DNA of 62,998 bases, counting the filler, from Collodictyon triciliatum (Eukaryota): assembly GCA_043381765.1 (NCBI GenBank). It is 7 parts of 7 records of this genome, joined end to end, with 100 filler letters (N's around TTAATTAATTAA, not from the genome) between each part and the next. Parts side by side here need not be neighbours in the genome. Positions count along the whole stretch, not along the records: positions 48,700 to 58,326 come from JBHJMP010002936.1; positions 58,427 to 62,998 come from JBHJMP010002999.1; 5 more parts are not named here. One strand, written 5' to 3'. Positions 55,001 to 62,998 of this stretch are shown piece after piece; positions within the stretch are counted from its first letter, which is position 1; each line of letters opens with the position of its first letter. The position numbers and the translations under genes were made by a program. The notes beneath the pieces were generated by a model. The model was not told where the DNA came from. It ran no database searches and saw nothing but the letters and a program-made list of their open reading frames with translations.

Positions 55001-57880
55001 AGAGGGGCTTTATGTCGAAAGAAGTGTGATGCATTAAGAAAAGAAAACCTAAGGCAGCAGAAATACCTTGCTGATGTAGTAACTATCCAGGCACTCGTAA
55101 GAAGATTACTCTCTCGTCGCTTACTTTTCGTCTTAAAGAAAGAGAAATTACAGCAAATTAAAATCGAACAAGAAAGAATTGAGCAAGAAAGAATCGAAAA
55201 AGAACGACTTGAACAACAAAGAATCGAAGAAGCACGAATCGAAGAAGCACGAATCGAAAAAGAACGACTTGAACAAGAACGACTTGAACAAGAACGAATT
55301 GAACAAGCACGAATCGAACAAGAACGAATCGAACAAGAACGAATCGAACAAGCACGAAACGAACAAGAGCGAATTGAACAAGAACGAATTGAACAAGAAC
55401 AAATCGAAAAAGAACGAATTGAACAAGAACAAATCGAAAAAGAACGAATTGAACAAGAACGAATTGAACAAGAACGACTTGAACAACAAAGAATCGAACA
55501 AGAACGAATTGAACAAGAACGAATTGAACAGCAAAGAATTGAGCAAGAACAAATCGAAAAAGAACGACTTGAACAACAAAGAATCGAAGAAGCACGAATC
55601 GAAGAAGCACGAATCGAAAAAGAACGACTTGAACAAGAACGAATTGAACAAGAACGAATTGAACAAGAACAAATCGAAAAAGAACGAATTGAACAAGAAC
55701 GAATTGAACAAGAACGAATTGAACAAGAACGAATTGAACAAGAACGAATTGAACAAGAACGAATTGAACAAGAACGAATTGAACAGCAAAGAATTGAGCA
55801 AGAACAAATCGAAAAAGAACGACTTGAACAACAAAGAATCGAACAAGCACGAATTGAACAAGAACTAATTGAACAAGCACGAATTGATCAAAAAGGAATC
55901 GAGGAGATACGTATTGAAATAGAAAGTCAGGAAGTAGAGCCCATGGAGGTATTGCATAGTATACATGTCGAACCTTCTGAGATAGCAGAAATCACGAATG
56001 CTCCAAAGGTGCGCCATACTGAGCGATGCGCTAATGAAACATTGGAGGAGGTACTCGAGGGCGAATATGTACAAACATCCACTTACTGTAATTACAAAGA
56101 GGTTGGCCTTTAACCTGAATCATTTTCCTTTGATAGTTTGTTGGTCTCATGAATTTTTATCTCGAGACCTCTAATCGTCGCTTGATTCATGTGATTTCAA
56201 ATATTAGATGTCATCAACAAGTAAATCAGTATCACTCGTAAACATGCCGAAATTCCAAGACACTTTCCGAAATAATGGAAAAGAAATGCACGAATATATG
56301 GTATGCTTATGGATTTGCCATTAATTTTTTAAAATGAAGTGTAAGCGCAAATTGAACTTATTTTAAACGAATATGTATCTTCGATGCTCAGGGTGCAACT
56401 TTAAGTGAAGAAATGAAGAAGTTACGACAAGAGGTAGCTCAGTTGCGAGGAGAAAATGATGATTTAAAATCACAGGTTGAATGCATGAGAGAAAAAGGAA
56501 AATCTTACAACATTCTCTTTATTTATTTTTGTATCAATATCATGTAAGTTCCTATCTATTGAATCAATGTTACTTTAAGTACCGCAAAGAGAAAGATGTT
56601 TTATACAGAGGAATTCACATATATTACGTCACGCATTCAAGTTGATTCGAAAAACGGATGACTGCACCTACTTTGCATGTAATGCTGAGGCTGTCTTGAG
56701 GGACCACACGAAGCTTAGTGACGAGTTTCTTGAGCTCCNNNNNNNNNNNNNNNNNNNNNNNNNNNNNNNNNNNNNNNNNNNNNNNNNNNNNNNNNNNNNN
56801 NNNNNNNNNNNNNNNNNNNNNNNNNNNNNNNNNNNNNNNNNNNNNNNNNNNNNNNNNNNNNNNNNNNNNNNNNNNNNNNNNNNNNNNNNNNNNNNNNNNN
56901 NNNNNNNNNNNNNNNNNNNNNNNNNNNNNNNNNNNNNNNNNNNNNNNNNNNNNNNNNNNNNNNNNNNNNNNNNNNNNNNNNNNNNNNNNNNNNNNNNNNN
57001 NNNNNNNNNNNNNNNNNNNNNNNNNNNNNNNNNNNNNNNNNNNNNNNNNNNNNNNNNNNNNNNNNNNNNNNNNNNNNNNNNNNNNNNNNNNNNNNNNNNN
57101 NNNNNNNNNNNNNNNNNNNNNNNNNNNNNNNNNNNNNNNNNNNNNNNNNNNNNNNNNNNNNNNNNNNNNNNNNNNNNNNNNNNNNNNNNNNNNNNNNNNN
57201 NNNNNNNNNNNNNNNNNNNNNNNNNNNNNNNNNNNNNNNNNNNNNNNNNNNNNNNNNNNNNNNNNNNNNNNNNNNNNNNNNNNNNNNNNNNNNNNNNNNN
57301 NNNNNNNNNNNNNNNNNNNNNNNNNNNNNNNNNCGCAGCTGTTCTGATTCTTTACATTATCAAACTGAGCTTGAAATACTGAAAATGAAAGTAAGCATTA
57401 CTGATTTACACAATCGCAATACATATAAATACACGATAATGCCTTTGACAAACAAATCAGAAACAGCCGTTGCTAGAAAGTCACTAAATATTTCCCCTGG
57501 AACACGAAATTATTAATCCTTTTTTTTTTTTTGGCCAAACAGATAGCTGAGCTAGAGACAGAGCTCAAGAACACTCATGATACAAACGTACTTATATTAT
57601 TATTTCAAAGATGATTATGTGTTTTATTAAATGCTATCCGCGCTATCTGAGTTAAAGAAAGGATGTTAAATTTATGCAGATATGCGAAAAACTAGCGAAG
57701 GTTAGTAATGAAGAATTGGAATTGGAGTTTCCTAGCCAAGCAGAAACATTTTGCCCATCACCTGCAAGAAAAAAATGGAAAACTGTGAACAAAAGAAAAT
57801 CCGAGTCTGATGAAAATGAGGTTTCAATTAGAGCCATTGTTAAAGAAATACCCGACTCGTTGCTTGACAAGATATATTAA
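49075..57880 (+). CDS. Myosin heavy chain, class VI-like motor, with IQ motifs, a long (IEQER)n tract and a coiled-coil tail; 5' end probably missing, tail crosses a gap
   Basis: [86 protein letters not shown] motifs IQSFTRG and IQALVRR. Confidence 0.95.
55160..55888 (+). repeat. Coding 15-bp minisatellite, about 48 IEQER-like pentapeptides
   Basis: Variants of GAACAAGAACGAATT with higher-order block duplications. Confidence 0.95.
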
Positions 57881-58224
57881 CAAAAGTATCATATAGGCAA
57901 TAATGCCACACTTTTTTTTAAAAAAGAAAACGAAACACACTCTTTTACCCCGTGTCTGTATTCTGAAACGTGGTGCTTAAGATAAAATATTCTTGGCCAT
58001 TCTTGTTCATGTAACTTAATCGCTACAGAATCCCCAGCCAATGACCAAATCTATCGTATCAGAGCCACCAAAATTTGTCGTGAGTGCCCCACTCTTGTCA
58101 AAGCACAGAAGTCAATTACATAACAATAAATTCAGTGCGCTTTAGCTATAAAACAACTAGTGACACCAACTAATACAGATACAGACAGACATTTATTTCA
58201 GTTACCCAGTATCGGATTTAATGA

Positions 58225-58546
58225 AAACACAAACACACAAACACACAAACACACAAACACACAAACACACAAACACACAAACACACAAACACACAAACAC
58301 ACAAACACACAAACACACAAACACACNNNNNNNNNNNNNNNNNNNNNNNNNNNNNNNNNNNNNNNNNNNNTTAATTAATTAANNNNNNNNNNNNNNNNNN
58401 NNNNNNNNNNNNNNNNNNNNNNNNNNATTGTATTGTATTGTATTGTATTGTATTGTATTGTATTGTATTGTATTGTATTGTATTGTATTGTATTGTATTG
58501 TATTGTATTGTATTGTATTGTATTGTATTGTATTGTATTGTATTGT
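58225..58546. repeat. (ACAAACAC)n and (TATTG)n tracts on either side of a linker, on two different scaffold ends
   Basis: Direct reading of the sequence. Confidence 0.95.
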
Positions 58547-60445
58547 AACGTGCTATGTTCTGTTGTTCTCATCGGCAATCGACTATCCTCAGAGGGAAAA
58601 TACGATAAAATAAACCGAACAAAAAAGGAGTCATAAGAGACGATGGATAAACCTGTGATTTGCGCTCATCCTTTCGAACTACTTCGGAGGTTGATCAAAG
58701 CCTTCAAGGGCGGAATCGACCTGTTAAAAAAGTGGGCGGAGTCTTTAAGATAGAAATATGCGCAAAGGAGCCTCAATTGAAAGAATCCAAAAACTGAAAA
58801 AAACTGAAAAAACTGAGAAAACTGAGAAAACTGAGAAAACTGAGAAGAGAAGAGAAGAACTTGACCCCTCGCTCTCGCAGGATAGTATGGCTCTTAACGA
58901 AAGAAAAAGAGTAGCAGGTGCGCCAAAACTCAACAGCCGATTAAAGCATGGCCAAAATGAATGGGTCAAGCGACAGTTTGTGTTGAGCCAGAGATCGGGA
59001 TAGTAAAAGAGGAAGAAAAAGAGAAAAGACAGAATGGCCTGAAACACGAGGCGTAGCTTTTGTATTTTTCTCGATTACTGTTCCTGTGTTGATTGATCCA
59101 AAGAATATTCCATAACGTTGCCCCTGTTTCGTTGTCTTATCACCAAACGAAACCTCCCGTCATTTCCGCTTACGCAAACCAACAATTTGTTCATTTGCTC
59201 GCATCCTTTCATTGCCCTTTCCCCTTTATCCCATAATATGTTTGTTTCTTTGTTTGTTTGTTTTTTCTTCCTTTTCATATTTCTTTTTTTTGATCGGTTG
59301 TTGAGGCCCGAGTTTTTCAATGGAGACGTTTGAACCAGAAGCCCGGTGTCAAAGAAAAGCCGGGCGAAAGTGCAAGTTCCAGAAAAGGGTGTGAACTTAC
59401 GATAAAATCCTCCGAATTTGTCTTTTCAAGGTTTCTGCTTTCCTTTCCATCTAAACCGATATTTTCTGCACATAAATTCTGCACGTGAATGCAGAATATA
59501 GATCATAATACATATTTTCCAGAATAAGTATCAATTCACAATTCGTCAAAATCAAGAAGAACTTCAGACAAGCACGATCAAAAACTGCAGCTGGGCGACA
59601 AGGAGAGAAGAAGCGAACAAGAAAACCAAGCCACTCAACGAACAAAAACTTGCGACATCGTCCAATCCAAACTCTGACTATATCTATCTGTCTGCAGAGA
59701 ATGCCACTGGCGAGCAACTCACGCTCGAGACTCACACTGGATCCGCGGCTGATCAAAAAAAAGGTGAGACCCGGACACCGAATCCCTTCGCAAACACAAA
59801 CACAAACACAAACACAAACACCTGCTTGGAAGGGTAGAGAGAGGCAACCCTTTCACACTTTTCCTTTGACCAAAACTCAAGCCACGCTACCCTCACGCAG
59901 GATTTTGTTCAGTGGGATCAGGCCTCCAACTTCATCTACCCCAACGAGTGGGACGAAGCCTGCACAAATCGAGTCGTCATCAAGGCGAGATTCTTACCTC
60001 ACTGGACATCCGCATATCACACCATAAGAAAAGAAACAAAGAAACAAAGAAACAAAGAAACAAAGAAACAAAGAAACAAAGAAACAAAGAAACAAAGAAA
60101 CAAAGAAACAAAGAAACAAAGAAAAAGCAAGTCGCTGCCTATTCCATCCATCTGCAAACCAACACACAAGCGCACTCACAGGATCCAAACACAAAGCCGT
60201 TCGGCCTGGCAAACACGCTCTTCTCCACACCGCGCTACCCTTCGCTATGGACTCTGGCCTTCCTTGCCGTCCTCTCCCTTCTTCTGTACTTGACCCACGA
60301 GAAAACGCTCTACTCCTGAGCACCCAACAAACAGACAAATACACGCCCGCCTTCCATACTTCCCGACATCTCGCTTTAATCCGTTTGTTTATTTGTCAGC
60401 ATCGTCTCGTAAAATCCGGGCGAATCCCCCAAAAGCCGATCCTCC

Positions 60446-62202
60446 TTAGCGGCCAAACATCGACTTGTACAGGTTCTTCTCGGCTACTTTGGCCTCGGCC
60501 TCCTTCGCCTTGGTCTTTGCCAGAGCTGTCTTGATCTCCTTGTCCTCCGGCGTGATTTTGAGTGCAGCCTCAAAGTCTGCATTTGCCTTGCCGAAGTCTG
60601 AGTTGAGTACATGAGCCTGGCCGCGGCGGAAGAGTGCCTTTGTGTTGTTGGCGTCCAGCTCGATTGCCTGGCAAAATCATCGCAGATAAGGCTGAGGGCT
60701 CACACGACTGCGACGGAGAGAAAAGAAAGAAGAAATGGCTGGGGGGGAAGGAGGCGACATCATGGCATATCGGGATGTAGAGCACATCATCTAAGTGCCG
60801 CTTCCGGTTGGTCGGCGAGTGTGCGGTTCTTACCTTGTTGCATGACGAGATGGTGTTTTTTGCGTCGCCGCTTTTGAGATAGCAGGCGCCAAGATTGAGG
60901 TAGAGGGGAAGCTTGAGAGCCTCGACTTGCTGTTCTTGTTCCTCGTTGAGATCATACGTGCCTTCAAGACGCTTCACAGCCTATTGAAACGAACGGATGA
61001 GCTCAAGGGATGGGGTGCGTTAGGATCGCTATCTCTTGTTTCGCGATGAGTCTAGGGCTTGCGTCTGGAGTGGATTGGGCGGACACATCACAACATTGAA
61101 GGAGAGGCTTGTTGGATGACACGATACCTTGTCGTATTTTGCAATGGCGGGAACAATGCTTCCGGCGCGGAACAAAGCATTCCCTTCTTCCCTGAGCTTT
61201 GTCGCAGTCTCGATTTTCTCGACAGGGGTCATCTCCCATTCCTCTTTCTTTAGATGCAGAAATAAAACAGAGCATAAAGATACAGGATGAGTTATCTGTA
61301 TCTGTTATCGTCGGTCGTTTCCAGATATGAAGAAGCTGGACATTTAGATGCAATATGAGACAAACCTCAGACTCTTCAAAGCCAAGCAGCTCGACCTCGA
61401 AGGAGAGTGTGGCTCCTCCGGGGATCTTCGGCGGGCTTCCAGAGGCGCCATACGCGAAGTCTGAACGGCAGAGAAGCACGGCTAACTCGCCGATCTTCAT
61501 CGTGGCCACACCTTGATCCCATCCTTTGATGACTTGGCCTGGTGGAGGTGTGTGGCTCTCGGTTAGTTGGGAAAAAGTTTGTGTTTGATTCTGGGGGTGG
61601 CAAGCCGGGTGCTTTCAAGTCGAGGACTAAAAGGGTCGGACATGAAAAGACAATAAAGATCAGGGTGGACCGCAAACCTCGGCCGATCTTGAATTCAAAG
61701 GGGGTTCCGCGTCCGCGGCTGGAGTCAAACTCGGACCCGTCCAAGAGAGTTCCGACGTAGTGGACTATGATGCAGAAGACAGGTTTGCACGAGATAGACA
61801 AAGAGAAACTTTGTGCCAAAAAGTTAAAATACGGGTTCTGGGAGAAAGGGCCGAGAATACGGAATCCTCTGAGAGAGAGAGAGAAGAAAGAGAGAGAAAA
61901 AGGAGAAAAAAAAAGAGAAAAAAAAGAGAAAAAAAAGAGAAAAAAAAGAGAAAAAAAAGAGAAAAAAAAGAGAAAAAAAAGAGAGAAAAAGAGAAAAAGA
62001 GAGAAAAAAGGAACGAAGAAAAGAATGAAAAAGAAAATAACATGGATCGTACATGAAATGAAAGGTAAGAAACGTGGATCGTACCGGTTACTTTGCTTCC
62101 GGGAGTTGGGCTGGCGCCGTCTCCTTCTCTGATGACCTTCTTGATAATGCCTCCATCGCCAGTGATGTCTTCCTCACGGAGATACGCCTTTTCTGCAGCC
62201 AT
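60446..62202 (-). CDS. FKBP-type peptidyl-prolyl isomerase with TPR repeats (single FKBP domain, FKBP4/5-like)
   Basis: [75 protein letters not shown] exons [27 protein letters not shown]; ends LYKSMFGR*. Confidence 0.95.
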
Positions 62203-62998
62203 TACTACTTGTCTTGTTCTCGGTGTATGTTTTCTGTTTCGTGTCCGTGAGTTTCTCTGCTTGGCGCTTTGAGGGCCCAACTCCTCAGCCCCAGCTTACT
62301 TCATTCTCTCTTTCACAACTCCTCCTCTCGGGAAATACCGGTTGTTCTTCTACCGAATAGACTTCCCAGCTGTTGTAGCCTTTTCGCGCTTGCCACGCCC
62401 GAACTTTAGTGCTTATTCAATAGGCACAAACAAGTCATAAAGGCTGGAAGATGCTTCCAGTGTCTTCTCGAATCTTCTCGTTTTTTTCGTGAAGGGTTGC
62501 AGTTGGAACAGCAGCTGTATTTTCCACATTTGAATAGTTGGAACTCCCGAATCCAGATTCGTTCAGCATCACATCCGCACAAACGACTTCGTCACAAAGT
62601 TCTTTATCACCTTTCCCAAACGCAGCAAAACGCAATCACAGCCTCCTCCCAAGTCACAGTCCAGATTCTCTTGATTGATCCGTTCCTAAATGAAATAAAG
62701 CCGTAAAATTACCCTGAATAATCAAAAGAAACGCGGAAGGAACGGATTGAGAAAGAGGAGGTTGACTCGTAAGCCTATGCCGCTGTGACGCACGTTGAGA
62801 AAGGCACTCAATAATGCCAGGCGCGAGTAATGGCGATCCACTCGTGGAAATATAAAGAAAACAACCACCTACGCCTATCATCCCTTCGCACACTTTCATA
62901 CCCTTCCCAAAGTGCCCAGCCGTTCAAAAAACAAAAAACAAAAAACATAAAAACATAAAAACATAAAAACATAAAAACATAAAAACATAAAAACATAA

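Noticed and set aside
55148-55880. Antisense and alternative-frame ORFs over the myosin repeat
   Set aside because: They are by-products of a stop-free 15-bp repeat.
59319-60319. Plus-strand hypothetical gene, including an in-frame TGA as possible selenocysteine
   Set aside because: The reading frame is ambiguous, with no recognisable domain, redox motif or SECIS.
62435-62900. 3' exons of a gene upstream of FKBP
   Set aside because: The frame cannot be determined and the region is truncated by the window end.

Overview
This is AT-rich, intron-dense eukaryotic (protist-like) DNA, and it is not one locus. Six 100-nt linkers (44 N + TTAATTAATTAA + 44 N) join seven unlinked scaffolds; the six complete ones are about 9.63-9.65 kb and in descending length order. 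Manual splicing gives these genes: an Aa_trans amino-acid transporter, a coiled-coil/multi-PH/divergent-actin protein, Miro, a CIPK-like kinase with a U12-type AT-AC intron, mitochondrial Qri7/OSGEPL1, a divergent NDP kinase, a putative cell-surface WD40 receptor, glycogen branching enzyme, an arrestin-domain gene, a myosin-VI-like motor and an FKBP-TPR protein. Three things stand out. (1) A ~3 kb intronless four-ORF Polinton/PLV-like element lies inside the arrestin gene. It carries an rve integrase, a Tlr6F-like ORF, a Zn-binding ORF and an AT-hook ORF, with AAAATTGA motifs and a ~240-nt fold-back. (2) A predicted type-I membrane protein has near-identical WD40 repeats that vary at HET-E-like positions. 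(3) An apparent PH-PH-PH-actin fusion. All gene models and family calls come from reading motifs by eye; none was checked against a database.
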